Notes under the pieces: model-generated
What the model was told of the DNA's origin: nothing
Seen by the model: only the letters and a program-made list of their open reading frames with translations
Database searches by the model: none
Part shown: piece after piece, positions 35,934-49,689 of the stretch
How positions within the stretch are numbered: position 1 is the first letter of the stretch
How the letters are laid out: each line of letters opens with the position of its first letter
Source: Spongospora subterranea f. sp. subterranea
Lineage: Eukaryota
Direction: 5' to 3'
DNA length: 64,000 bases
NCBI GenBank assembly: GCA_049724395.1
Contig: JAUGWO010000101.1
Span: 1-64,000, forward strand
Made by a program: the position numbers and the translations under genes

Positions 35934-37944
35934 ATGTCCATCCAGGGATATGAGTTCCTGAGATCCCATCAATTTATCGATGCAGTTCACGCCTTCACCG
36001 ATGGGCTGTCGTCCGATAATCCATCACAGGTCAAGGAATGTTTGATGGGTCGGGCGATCGCCTTTCGTAATCTCAAAGACCTGACCCAAGCCCATTCCGA
36101 TCTATCACGTTTACTGCAATTGGATCCCGACAATATTGAGGCCTATCGTGTCAGTAATTCACGAATCGCCATGGAATGGGAACTGATCATGGAACTATAT
36201 TAGCTAAGAGCAATTACTTACAATAAAGCGGAAGATCATATCAGGTAACTGTTCAACAGAAACCGCTGTGGTTTTCTGCTGAAAATGAGAGCGCGTTTAG
36301 GGCGAATATGGATTTGAATTCGCTCCTGGAACGGAGTCCTGGTGATGTTGAAGGGCTGTATTTTCGGGGAATAACCTATGCGAAACTGAGCGATTATCAT
36401 TCAGCGATCGATGATTTAACAGCGGCAATTAGGATCGGTAAGACTGGGTGGAGGTTCCCTCTTGTTGTTCTCAGTGCCGATATCGATCAGACGGAACATC
36501 CCCTGAAGTTTATCGCAATCGTGGATTGGCCTATGGACATCTAAAGAAATACGCATTAGCTCTATCAGATTTCAATACCGCTATTAAACTCAATCCGAAT
36601 GTTGACCGTATTTCCCCCCAATCCAAACTTGTTCGAACCTGAATCATTGTCCCAGGACCCGTATCCCGCGATTCGGGATCGAGGTTGTATTCACGTTCAC
36701 CTTCGTGCGTATTCGGCGGCGATCGCCGATCTGACAGTTGCGATTGGGGTATGAGATGTTGGCGACGGGTTTCCTTCTAATAGATGACCAGCGATGATGG
36801 TGCAGATACAGCCAGACGATACCGAAGCTTATCATAATCGGGCACTCGCTCATCATAATCTTGGCGAACACGAGAAGTGTATCGCGGATTCGCTTATCGT
36901 CTTGAAGCACAATCCGAAAGACGCCGACGCATTGCTGGATATCGCAAAAGCGAATTTCGGACTGAACAGGTCGTCAAGACATTGAGTGAGACTGACTATT
37001 GTGAGTTAATTCATTATTCGGTAGGGTGTCGGACGCGATTCCATATCTAATTGATGCGGTTGTTGAAAGACCCAGCCATGCACCAGCCGTCAAGAAGCTA
37101 TTGCAGAAACTGGTGGTGAATGAGGATGCGGATTGGGATCGATCGGCGAAACCCGAAATCGTTGTCGACACCTGGTTAGATGGGTTAGAACCGTCATCAA
37201 CGGCGACAACGAATACCAATGTTGACGACACGGAGAGTAATGAGGCTAAATATGAACTGCAAAAGTGAGTAGACGATAACACTCAAGACAGTGTTCTGAA
37301 GTTCGATTATCGCAGAGAAGAACTGCAGGATCAACAAGAAAAAGAGAACGATTTGGACAAGGATCAAAACCAAGAATCGGCAGAAAAAAAGAAAAAAATG
37401 ATGTTGAAACGAGATCTGGCTAGTAAACGATTGGCAGATTTCAGGAAACATGGACATAATAAGGATGAACTGAGGAAGAAGGTGGAGGAACGTCAGGCCA
37501 GAACAGCATTAGCAGCTGAGAAACGGGCAGATCAGGCGATAAAGGTATGTGTTGGCAATTTGCGATTCTGTTTAACAGATTTCTCTGGGAAACTGATCGA
37601 ATATGGGTATTAAGGCGAAAAGAGAAACCGAGGAGCAAATGGCCAAGTCACAAAAGGAGAAAGACAACCTGAAAGAAGGTAAATGGCTCATAAATGTTCC
37701 AGATTGCCATCAGCCGCTGAGTATTGATGCATCAGAGGCAGACATTCTAATTCAAAATTGGATCAAGGCCCATAAAGTTCGTTCAGGAGTCGACCGGTTT
37801 CGAGTTTTGGCAATCGCTTTGCCGAAATTACTGTCAACACCAGCGTTTGCCGAACTAAGGCCAATATGTGCCACAATCACAGATGAACACTTCTCACGAC
37901 CTAAAGTGTTTAGAGATATAGCAAGGATCATTCGTATGTCCTAA
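35934..37944 (+). CDS. Multi-exon TPR-repeat protein with a charged coiled-coil C-terminus
   Basis: TPR units GRAIAF...LLQLDPDNIEAY, YFRGITYAKLSDYHSAIDDLTAAI, YRNRGLAYGHLKKYALALSDFNTAIKLNP and YHNRALAHHNLGEHEKCIAD, separated by short GT-AG introns. Confidence 0.87.
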
Positions 37945-38180
37945 TCTGGAAAATGTTATTGAAATGTTCTGTCTCCCGTCTGAATTGATATCGATATCCA
38001 GATCCAGATAAACTCGGTCTCGAAATATCAAATCGTGAGTCGTGTTTGGCAAATGCTGTATGGTGTATATTATCCGATGCATATTCCATTGATATCCCTA
38101 AACGGTAGACAATAACTAGCGCAAACGTTCTGGGGAAGTAAATCTAAAGCAATACATTATGTATGTAAATTCAAAGAACT

Positions 38181-38899
38181 TTAATCGAACCGTTCTTTGA
38201 AAAATTTGCGATCAGCGCTATCTGGTGAAGACAAGCAAGCCGGTTGGGTTTTCGATATCAAATATGATGTCCAACCAAGGGATATGATATTAGAAAAACC
38301 CACCCGTAGAACATCGGGAACGAATCTGAAGTTAATCAATGTAGCCATTGGCCATACTTGATAATTAGCCGATAGAATCGGCACGAATTGTTGCTATACA
38401 CGCAATGACTAAGAAAACGGGCAAAACGGTTCTATTACCGAGTCGTACCTGAATTTGACGAATAATAACGAAAAAGCGACGTCCATCAAGTAATCCGATG
38501 ACAAAAAAGTAGAGAAGAGTCAAAAACTAGAGACTAAATTAAATTTGAGAATTGACAGGTCATCAGATAGCTAACCGGTGCAAAAAAGATTTGGTCGATT
38601 AGCATCTTAATGATAGCGAGTTGCCAAGATTTGTTTCTTTGTAAATCCTTAACCAACCTTACAGCAATGAAATCCAGTAATTTATGCCAAAAATGGACAA
38701 CTGGACCGCGTATTAACAATCCGATAATCGCTTGGTTCCTCACCATTTTCCAGTCGATTGCCCGTCTACGTGCGACGGTTTGTGCAATGACCGACGACAA
38801 AGATGAGATGGCTGCAGCCGATCCCGCCTTCACAAACAGCGGTCGGCGTTCCAATTGCCTTAAATATGATGTCCACAACATGATGATATTCGAAGACAT
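38181..38899 (-). CDS. Mpv17/PMP22 (PXMP2-like) family membrane protein, multi-exon
   Basis: YLRQLERRPLFVKA, GPVVHFWHKLLD, KMLIDQIFFAP, NYQVWPMATLINFRFVP, WTSYL. Confidence 0.9.
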
Positions 38900-38917
38900 A
38901 ATCGAGTGTGATGATAA

Positions 38918-40951
38918 TAATGATGATATCTGTTACAGGGTCGCCATTATATACAGACTGTATAATGATGATATCTGTAACAGGGTCGCCATTATATACA
39001 GACTGTATAATGATGATATCTGTAACAGGGTCGCCATTATATACAGACTGTATAATGATGATATCTGTAACAGGGGCCATTATATACGTAACAGGGTCGC
39101 CATTATATACAGACTGTATAATGATGATATCTGTAACAGGGTCGCCATTATATACAGACTGTATAATGATGATATCTGTAACAGGGTCGCCATTATATAC
39201 AGACTGTATAATGATGATATCTGTAACAGGGTCGCCATTATATACAGACTGTATAATGATGATATCTCTAACAGGGTCGCCATTATATACAGACTGTATA
39301 ATGATGATATCTGTAACAGGGTCGCCATTATATACAGACTGTATAATGATGATATCTGTAACAGGGTCGCCATTATATACAGACTGATGATGATATCTGT
39401 AACAGGGTCGCCATTATATACAGACTGTATAATGATGATATCTGTAACAGGGTCGCCATTATATACAGACTGTATAATGATGATATCTGTAACAGGGTCG
39501 CCATTATATACAGACTGTATAATGATGATATCTGTAACAGGGTCGCCATTATATACAGATTGTATAATGATGATATCTGTAACAGGGTCGCCATTATATA
39601 CAGACTGTATAATGATGATATCTGTAACAGGGTCGCCATTATATACAGACTGTATAATGATGATATCTGTAACAGGGTCGCCATTATATACAGACTGTAT
39701 AATGATGATCTGTAACAGGGTCGCCATTATATACAGACTGTATAATGATGATAACAGGGTCGCCATTATATACAGACTGTATAATGATGATATCTGTAAC
39801 AGGGTCGCCATTATATACAGACTGTATAATGATGATATCTGTAACAGGGTCGCCATTATATACAGACTGTATAATGATGATATCTGTAACAGGGTCGCCA
39901 TTATATACAGACTGTATAATGATGATATCTGTAACAGGGTCGCCATTATATACAGACTGTATAATGATGATATGATATACAGACTGTATAATGATGATAT
40001 CTGTAACAGGGTCGCCATTATATACAGACTGTATAATGATGATATCTGTAACAGGGTCGCCATTATATACAGACTGTATAATGATGATATCTGTAACAGG
40101 GTCGCCATTATATACAGACTGTATAATAATGATGATATCTCTAACAGGGTCGCCATTATATACAGACTGTATAATGATGATATCTGTAACAGGGTCGCCA
40201 TTATATACAGACTGTATAATGATGATATCTGTAACAGGGTCGCCATTATATACAGACTGTATAATGATGATAGTAACAGGGTCGCCATTATATACAGACT
40301 GTATAATGATGATATCTGTAACAGGGTCGCCATTATATACAGACTGTATAATGATGATATCTGTAACAGGGTCGCCATTATATACAGACTGTATAATGAT
40401 GATATCTGTAACAGGGTCGCCATTATATACAGACTGTATAATGATGATATCTCTAACAGGGTCGCCATTATATACAGACTGTATAATGATGATATCTGTA
40501 ACAGGGTCGCCATTATATACAGACTGTATAATGATGATATCTGTAACAGGGTCGCCATTATATACAGACTGTATAATGATGATATCTGTAACAGGGTCGC
40601 CATTATATACAGACTGTATAATGATGATATCTGTAACAGGGTCGCCATTATATACAGACTGTATAATGATGATATCTGTAACAGGGTCGCCATTATATAC
40701 AGACTGTATAATGATGATATCTGTAACAGGGTCGCCATTATATACAGACTGTATAATGATGATATCTGTAACAGGGTCGCCATTATATACAGACTGTATA
40801 ATGATGATATCTGTAACAGGGTCGCCATTATATACAGACTGTATAATGATGATATCTGTAACAGGGTCGCCATTATATACAGACTGTATAATGATGATAT
40901 CTCTAACAGGGTCGCCATTATATACAGACTGTATAATGATGATATCTCTAA
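38918..40951. repeat. 45-bp minisatellite (AATGATGATATCTGTAACAGGGTCGCCATTATATACAGACTGTAT), ~45 units
   Basis: Directly visible and highly homogeneous; internal palindrome TATACAG-A-CTGTATA. Confidence 0.97.
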
Positions 40952-41170
40952 GGGTCTGGTCCAAATACGCAAAAGTCGACTTTTTGGGCGTCGACTTATT
41001 TTCTCCGCGACTGTAAGCGTCGACTTTTTGAAAAAGTAGGTCGCCGACCTACTTTTTCAAAAAGTCGACGAATTACAGTCATATTCAATGACAAAAATCC
41101 GTGAAAAAGTAGATAGAAGTAGACGCAGTAGTCGACGCCGTCGGGGTTACTCCAGCTATTTCTGACTCCA

Positions 41171-42393
41171 ATGGGCGACACCGAGATGATGAACATCGTC
41201 GCCGCCATGACGTGCGTTGCGGCAGCTGTGGCTGCTATTGCTGCGGATGGACGTCGGCACAGGCGCCCAGCTTCAATGATATATACCATTCGTAATAATA
41301 CTTGGCAAGGTTGACATTGAATTTCGTTGTTGTCTAGCAGCGTTTATAGGTTTGACAGTTTGTTTTAGGCGTTGAAGCCTGCTCGAATGACGGATGGTAC
41401 CGCAGAAATCTTCGCGTATCCAGGGCAACATTCAACTGGATCGTAGATCAATTGACCGAATACTCGGACAACAATGGAATTGCTTTGCCTGGCGATAATG
41501 CCTATGTCGATATGCGCACGAGGATTGCTTTGACGTTGTCGTACCTATCGCAAGAGGATGGTTTCATCAAATCCGCTGCTTGGTTCGGCATCGCGAAATC
41601 AACTGCGATTAGGAACGTTAATTCGTGCTTGGACGTTCTGATTTCATTAGCTCCCCAAGTGATCAAATTCCCATCCACGCCAGCTGCATGGCAGAAGATT
41701 GCAGGAATGTTCGAGGAGAATTGCGGGTTCCCGGACTTTGCGGGGGCGATCGATGGAACGCTGCTCCAAATCGAACGACCTTTTGAATATGATGGCTGGA
41801 TTTGTCGCAAGGGATTCCCAGCGATCAACATGCAGGCAACCGTTGACGCAGACGGCAGGTTCATGGAATATTCATTACGGTCAGGGTCATGTAGCGACAA
41901 GAATGTTTGGACAATGTGCAGTCTAGGCCGATTGGCGCCAGGTATACTGCCCGTCAACATGCATTTCCTGGGCGACGCCGGGTATACTTTATCGTCTTTG
42001 ATGCTTACGCCATATCTAATTTATGAGGGCATGCCACAAGACGAAAAACGATACAACTACCTCCATTCGCGAACCCGGATCGTAGTCGAGCGCGCATTCG
42101 GTGGCTTGAAAGGAAGTTGGCGAATGCTGAAGCGTACCCTCAACATGAAATCTCCCATGAGTTGTGCACGAACCATTGTGGCCTGCATGATTTTACATAA
42201 TCTGACAGTAGACGCAGGTGATGATGTAGACCTCGGAAACCGGATTGACGAATATCTACATCAGCATCATCAACGTTTTGACAATGTTGAGGGACACCGT
42301 CGCCATGACATAGATCGCCAGCAAAAAGCGCAACAATATCAAATATTATTTTCAAACATCAAATTAACTGCGATTTATTTGGAAAAATTTTGA
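41171..42393 (+). CDS. Harbinger DDE transposase (two exons)
   Basis: YRRNLRVSRATF, GAIDGT, FLGDAGY, YNYLHSRTRIVVERAFGGLKGSW, ACMILHN; intron ~41310-41368. Confidence 0.92.
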
Positions 42394-43179
42394 AATGCCT
42401 TCAACAGCATCGAATTGATGGCGCTTTGCTCTTCAAATCGTTTTTTAATCTTTTGAAGAATTGACGCCAGTGATGAATCAACAGAAGTAGTTTGTGCTGC
42501 TGCGTTTATTTTCGCGACTTCGACCATGGCGGCTGCCTTGTTCCCATGCCCTGAATCAGGCTGTCACCAAGGGATGGGACAGCAGCTTTGCGGCTGGGAG
42601 TCCCAACGTCCAATCGAGTTTGGGAGGATGGGATATTATCATCATCGTTTCATTGTCATCATCAAGTTCGGGTTCCCCAGAGCATCCTCTGCTTAACGAA
42701 TCCAACAAGGGACTGGCATGTAGTCCCGGCTGTGCCTGAAATATTGGTCATAACAAACAGGCCGAATTGCCTTGAATATGATAAAAAACCTGCATGTGGT
42801 CAGACAATGCTTCCCAGTATTCCGGGTACTTGATTCCGTCTTGGGGATTTCCGGTCTCGTTCTGGGCCTGGATCAACGAGCGATACTCCGACTTGAGGGA
42901 GGTAAACCTGTTTTTGACCTGTTTGGGATCAAAACAAGCATCGCTTCTTGCATTTAAGCGAGCAGTAAGCCACGCCCACCAAGCCGCCTTCTGCTTGTTG
43001 GTCTGACATGCGTTGAATTTCGCTTTCGAAGGAGCGCTGTAGCGTATCTCCAACAACGACTCAATCGTGGAACATGACCACTCGGCACGTTTTAATGCCT
43101 TGGTCTTTCTTTTGTCTTGGCTCTCGCCCGCTTTGCGCTTAGGGGGTGTCGCGATGATAGCCGCTATCGCTTGCGACAT
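42375..43179 (-). CDS. Harbinger Myb/SANT-like DNA-binding partner protein (two exons; apparent 1-nt frameshift ~42540)
   Basis: AEWSCSTIESLLEIR...WAWLTARLN...KQVKNRFTSLKSEY...YWEAL trihelix pattern, acidic linker and coiled-coil tail. Confidence 0.85.
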
Positions 43180-43499
43180 CTTTTTATGCAAATATAATAA
43201 TAACTCCGCAAGAAGTCGATCACTTGGACCTCAGACTCATCGACTTCTACTTTTTGGGTACCCAATCAGTCGACGCCCTAAAAGTCGACTCCGCGCACTT
43301 GGACCAGACCCTAATGTCCCCACCATGTACATATGAGGACATACATATATGCACAGCCTCTCAGATTGCGCATCTCATGCAGAAATGTGCATATGTACCT
43401 ATGCCGACCGAAATACCGGTATTTCATTCATTTCGCACCTTTTTCCCTCAAAAAAGTGTTGCGTCACCCCAACATGCTGACGTGATTCCCCGCAACCTT

Positions 43500-46183
43500 A
43501 TGGCACGCATTCCTCGCATTCCCGCTAGGTATTGCTATCTGTTCGTTTTCCAAGGTTTAGTTGCAATACGACATCGGAGTGGTCCCGATTTTCATTGTTT
43601 AAGTATCAAGGCCGACGCTTTCAACCAGAAGACGTGCCAGGTTGATTATTTTATAATGTGATTTGTTGCTTTAGATTCATGTGAAGAGTTAGGTGATGGA
43701 AATTGCTTTTACCATGCTGCTATTAGAAGCGGGAATTTTCCAATCGCCACCCATGATGCCCTTCGTGAAGAAGTTTTTACGTTCGGAGTGGGAATTGGTC
43801 GGATTTCTGCAGAGCAAGCAGTGTCATTATTGCATGAGGCGCGTTCTTAGGTATTCCCCGATTTGCTTCGAAGATATTCTGCGTCATTTACGACGTCCGG
43901 GATCATTCGCGACGAACCTTGATATGGTCATGATGTCAATCAAATTTGATGTTGATGTTATTGCCTATTCAAACCTAATCACCGGATTAGAATCGTGGTC
44001 AACCGGGAAATTCATTAGGCACCACATGGCAGATTTTTCGCTGTCGTCTTCATGCCTCAGCTGCATGTTTTTCATCATCTGTACAAACGTCCACTGACTC
44101 CGACACCTGTTTACCAGCTGAACCATTTTGCGATTTTACACGAAGTTACGAATCTTGTACTGGTTGATGCTAAGAAATGTGAGCAAGTTTCCCATCGAGC
44201 TCCATCTTCACCGACAAAAGTCATGGTGCAAAATTCAATCATTGGTTATTTCAAGCCCATTTCGGCGGCTGGAAAACGCAAAAGGTTATCACCTGGTGTA
44301 CCGATTGTACATCGGAACGTGAAAGCGAAATCTTCTTCCGCCACTGCCGAAATTGCACACGTAAAAGATCTCAGGGTTGTCGCGCTCTGGGCTTCTTTGA
44401 TCGGTGTTGATAAAGAAGCAGCGGCTGCACATGATGCATCTCGTCTTGAGCAGATTCAGCTCAGTGAAGATCATGCTCGTCGCAAACAAGTGTGCCACGA
44501 TTACGCGATTGTCGAATCCGTGCTTAAATCAATAGTGGCAAAAGTTGAAAGCTGCATTGAGGATCGTATAGCATTCAAGGTGCCAAGTATCCCCTTGCCA
44601 TCTGGGCGAACCAGGGAGTTGACGTGGCCTGCCAGATCAATGATTATCCGGTTCTTCCTGCATCCCCAGTTAGGACGGACCGATTTTAATATTCTCACTT
44701 CTGTTTTTCGGACACCTTGTAAAACCTGAGACATGCAGAGACTGGCTTCGCAAAGAGAAGATCTATAAGTGGATCGACATAGTGAGCGCTGTCACAAAGG
44801 ATGATATTTTGAAATTCGTACCAAAGACAAAACGATCAATTCTCAGGAATGGTGCAGGCGACAGTAAAGTTCCAAAGAAATTGCTCTCTGAGTACCAGGC
44901 TGAGGCGGACCTTTTCGCTTGCAACCAACAGCAGCAACTGACTTTATTATTGAACAATGGCGTCGTGTCTTGTCAAAAGGCTTCAACTTTATCGCACAAG
45001 AATAAGGATGTCATGTATGTCAAGAAAAATACGTGCAGAATCCCAAACGCAGGGTTGCAAAGCAAACTGGGACCGCCTACTCGTTATGAGGAACAGCGTG
45101 ATTGGTTGGAAGACCTTGTCGTTTCACGTTTCCAGCGAGGAGAACCCATGACGCGTGAGGAAGCTTGTGCAGCAACCGTTATTCGTTGGAGTGGATGCAA
45201 TAATGAAAGGTTCCAGAAATTGCTGCATGACGCCAACACCTTTTGACAAGGCTGCTCAGACGAATTAATTATGCGGACCGGGCAGGATCCATCTCTCAGA
45301 AAGTTCCGTCAGATTGGATCTCTATCGCTCGTGCATCATCGGCTAAGATCTGCGAGGCTGCGAAAGACTTGCAATGTGAAAATGTCTTCAACATGGATGA
45401 GACGTTTATACTGTATTACTCTGCGTCGGAGCGTGTACTTGTTCCAAAGGGAACTAAGCGCGTTGGGCATCTTGTTCCGGTGCAAAATGAGAAAAAGGGA
45501 GTCACGTTGGCGGTCACAGCCTCACTACTATCGTCGCAGCTGCTACCAGCGTTCATCATTGATAGTGGAGGTTTCGGATCAACTCTCATGCACCAATGGG
45601 AGCATTATGTCAGATCGACAGTTCTGTTTAATCCGACACATTGGATGACACAGTATATTTTTGTTCTCTACCAGGAATCGCTGTTGAAGATGTTTCCTAG
45701 TCAGCGAACCCTTTGAATAGTAGATCGAGCAACGACTCACTACGGAAAGATCATAGACGATTGGCTTCGTTTTAATCATGCATCTGCATCGCAGGGAACA
45801 ATCTTTATTGAATACGTTGGAGAGGGAATGACTTCCATCCACCAAGTTTGCGACATTGCATTAACAAGCCCCTCAAGGCAAAAATCAGGGCCGAATATTA
45901 CAAGTTCAGAATGCTATCTATCGGAGATCTGTCAGCGAAAGAGCTTGCGGGGGCAGTATTTTCCGTTCCACGAGAGAACTTAATCGGTATGATGGAGGCA
46001 GCCTTTGACGACATAAATGCGAGAAACAGAACCCGGCGTTGGATCGCGGACGCCTTCGCCGTATGTGGCCAAGATCCGTGGAGTGAGGACCAGAACCGAT
46101 TTGAACGTCACCTGGAATCACTCCAGGAGCAAACAGTATATAAGCATATGGCGGAATCGACCGCTCGGCTCAATTTGACATGA
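43500..46183 (+). pseudogene. Degenerate gene: N-terminal OTU-like cysteine protease plus C-terminal pogo/CENP-B-type DDE_1 transposase
   Basis: Spliced VPG|DGNCFYHA (intron ~43641-43692), LNHFAIL, VFNMDET, VTLAVTAS...LPAFII, INKPLKAKIRAEY; several frameshifts and stops. Confidence 0.72.
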
Positions 46184-46329
46184 ATTTGATAAAAAACAAA
46201 TGGAAAACTGACACTATCTATCTCCGGTTTTAAGACTACGCAATTGCGCCACATTTAACTTTTTGACTACAGAAGTTTGGCCTCCAAATGGAGCAAATTT
46301 CTGTGGGTTTATTACGTGGTCTACGGTAC

Positions 46330-48010
46330 CACAGATTTGAAGAAAACTGCAACCCGAGGTGAGACAACGCCCGGCGTCACAAAAAACGTTAAGCATAAGA
46401 AAGGAAAGTTCTTATGTTTGTGTTGCGGTTTGGAGGGACATAGTATGTCCAAGTGTCCACAGAAACCATCGAAGACAGAGATGAAATCACTGTTGGTTAA
46501 ACACAAAGACAAAATGAAAGTTTTGTTTAAGAATAAACCATACCGCGATGGATAGTATATGAGGATTTGTAGGTTTGAGTTGCTAGCATAGAGAGCCAAC
46601 AGAACGGTGATCTTTATGTCAGGAATACGACAGGATCCAACAGTAGTGATTTCTACAAAGTGTCAGAACTGCACGAACCGTCAACTGCAGACAAACAGTT
46701 GAGTGTTAGAGTGTCGACTGCAGGAATGATATTTCCAGGGTTATTAGACAGTGGTACCCAGTCGACAGTTATACCGATGAGCATTGCGAAGAAAGCGCAG
46801 AGGCTCGATGATAAGATCGGTATAAGGAAACTGGCAAAGGCAATTAAGTTAATATTGCCAGATAAGACAGTGGCGGAAGCAACACATGAGATGTTGGCTG
46901 ATCTGACCCTGTATACAGCAACGGGCGAACTGATCATTCGGAACCGGAGATGTTTGCTGTGGGATTCACCATTAGATGAAATATTGCTAGGTGAAGATTT
47001 GTTGAAAGAGCTGGGGATAAATCCTAAGGATGCTCTAGAGTCGCTAATTCTAAAGAAGACATTAGGCGCCAACAATGAGGATAATATCAGTCATTGGGAT
47101 TTGTACAACGATGATGATATTATTATTGGGGAAGATTTCCCAGAAGACAGTTTGAAGTCAATGGAAGACATGATGTCTCGTGCTATTGATAACGGATTGC
47201 CTATAGAATGGCAAAGTCGACTAAGGAAGTTGATATGGAAGTATCAAACTGTTTGGAGAAGGTCGCTGGGACCTGATCCACCTGCAAATGTCACTCCTTT
47301 CGTAACGAACCTGAGGGAAGGAGTTGAACCTGTTAGGTGCAAATCCCGACGGTACAGCAAGGAACATAGTGAGTTCCTGGCGACATTTGTCAGCCTTCTG
47401 GAGAAATATGGATTGGTTTATGAAAACTACAATTGTGAGTGGGCCTCTCCGGTTGTGGTGGTCAGAAAACCCGGTGGTAAAGGATTACGTATTGTGGTTG
47501 ATTTGCGAGAAGTCAACGCTCTATGCAAGGCAACTGCATGGCCCATGCCGTTTCTTGAATCAATAGTCAAGCATTTGGGTGGCTCCAAATATTTGTTTTC
47601 TCTAGACGCTTTCAAAGGTTTCTGGATGATGCCACTTGACGCCGATTGCAAAAAAATGATTTCTTTTATGACTGATCGAGGGGTTTACACTCCAACGAGA
47701 TCCATTCAGGGAGCACTGAATTCTGCCACACAGTTCCAAGCTAGAATGCATGAGATATATAGGGAACTGCTGTATCAATCATTAATAATATGGATTGATG
47801 ACATATTGGGACACGCAGACACTCAAGAGAAGTGGTTCCAGGTGTTAGAGACAACACTTAAATTCAACTTCAAGATTAAGGCCAAATTCTGTGGAAGAAT
47901 ATTCACTCCTGAGGGTGTGAGGCATAATCCGGCTAGAGTTGAGGCATTAGTGAAAAGCCAACGACAGCGCGAGACTTGCAACAGTTTGTTATGGCTATTC
48001 AGTTGGCGCA
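46330..48010 (+). mobile_element. Gypsy fragment (Gag knuckle, protease, partial RT)
   Basis: CLCCGLEGHSMSKC, LLDSGTQST, WASPVVVVRK, RIVVDLR, LDAFKGFW, IWIDDIL. Confidence 0.9.
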
Positions 48011-48466
48011 TGTCCTTTATTGAAGGTTCACTTCCTGCTGCTGAGTCCTATTCTGATGATGTTGAATTGAATCCGGTCATTATGCCCGAGGGATCTGATT
48101 TGGATGAAGTATCAGACTAGTACTACATCAGCTTTGCAAAAACCCAACGGGAAAAAGTGCCGTTACATGTGCGTAACCGGAATCGTGATCATAATTTCTC
48201 TGGCCAAGACACTGTGGTCATTCAGAACCGGCTGCGCCCGTTTATTCGGTCCTGTTTCAAGGTTGTGAAGTATGCGGCAGCGTATAAGGAGCTGTTAAAG
48301 AAGTGCTATAGAGATGAACCTGACACATCGAGACTGAATCCATTTCCTTTAACCGCGTTCGGAACACCAGCTAAATCCCGCACCTCTCATTTTACAGACA
48401 CTCCTCTGCCGGAAGAAACGCAAACTCACCCTGGCCACCCAGCGAGGTGGACAATATCGCGATACA

Positions 48467-49152
48467 ATGATTGAATATCTTGGTGATACGGTTATCAAGA
48501 CAAAGCTTCGAAGCGGGACATATGAAGGGAAACTGCTTGAACGCGCTCAAGGCCCCGGTATTGTACGACTGTTTGAGTATCGCCAAGTACATGGTCGTTA
48601 TAATGGGATCATATTGGTCGAGCAGGCTTTAATTCGACCTAAGTTTGCTAGCCTTTCAGTTAATGACCTTGCTCGGTGCGCCATTCAACTACTGTTTCAT
48701 GGGGCTCAAGCCCTGTCAACGCTGCGAAAGGCATCAGTAATTCATGGCGATATATCGCCAAACAATATCATGTATAGCGAGGTCGAACGGTGCTGGAAAC
48801 TGACTGATTTTAACGCTGCCGTTGAACTGGAACCTGGACAACGATCTTAAGTGCTGTCGTTGGCACTGATGGGTTCATTGCACCGGAGACGCTCTCTGGC
48901 CGCGAATATTCTTTCAACTCGGATTGGTACTCGTTCGGTAAAACTGCATCATATATCCTGAACCAGATAGAAGAATGTCATAGGCTGGATAGGACTCCTT
49001 GCGGTCACGAATTCAGTAATTTCATTGTGCAGCTACAAATGCATGCTGAGTTAATATGCTGTCGAGAAGCAGATAATCGACCAATGTCCTCTGAGCTGAT
49101 CGATTCACTCGGCGAATGTCTGATGAGTTGTGACTCGAACCCTTTTGTTTGA
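48467..49152 (+). pseudogene. Protein kinase domain, frameshifted (~48850)
   Basis: IHGDISPNNIM and WKLTDFN, then VGTDGFIAPE...SDWYSFG in another frame. Confidence 0.75.
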
Positions 49153-49689
49153 ATGATAATGGCTATTTCATTTGTAGTATTAAACCATCTCGACTATTGC
49201 TTCATATTCAATATTACTCAGCCGATCCGCCATAGGAAAGTTGTGTAAGTTTCGGTCTGAATTAGAGTCGGATCACGGGCGATACGATTTGGCAATTGCC
49301 AATTATCCCATCTTACTGACAGGCCAGCAAGTGTTCCTGGATATGAACGCGCTCGGTTATGGGCGGACCTACTGATGGCGCTTTTAGAGTTCCGATACGG
49401 CCGGATGAACTGGTCTGCAAGTAATAGATGTTCGGAAATCGTGAAACGCTTACGATAATTTCCTGAAAATCGTAGTATCAAAAACGAAATAGACCCTGGC
49501 GCGGCCAATTTGCCCAAAAAATACCTTGTTTGTCTGACGGAAACCACACAAACGAGAATTATCTCGCATGCAAGCGTCAAAAAGCTGAAACCGGTTTTAC
49601 CTTGTTTATGCAGTTTATGTAAAACATGAATTATGGGAGCCATAAATCAAGCCATATTTCTCCATAAGGCTGACAAATGTCTCCAGGAA

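Larger units (their letters stand above)
40952..43311. mobile_element. Complete PIF/Harbinger DNA transposon
   Basis: TIRs GGGTCTGGTCCAA / TTGGACCAGACCC, TAA TSD (40949-40951, 43312-43314), subterminal GTCGAC repeats, convergent transposase and Myb/SANT genes. Confidence 0.95.

Noticed and set aside
38610..41039. 809-aa, 630-aa, 426-aa and 341-aa ORFs
   Set aside because: Artefacts of a 45-bp repeat that lacks stops in several frames; frames switch at unit indels and one ORF overlaps the Mpv17/PMP22 gene antisense.
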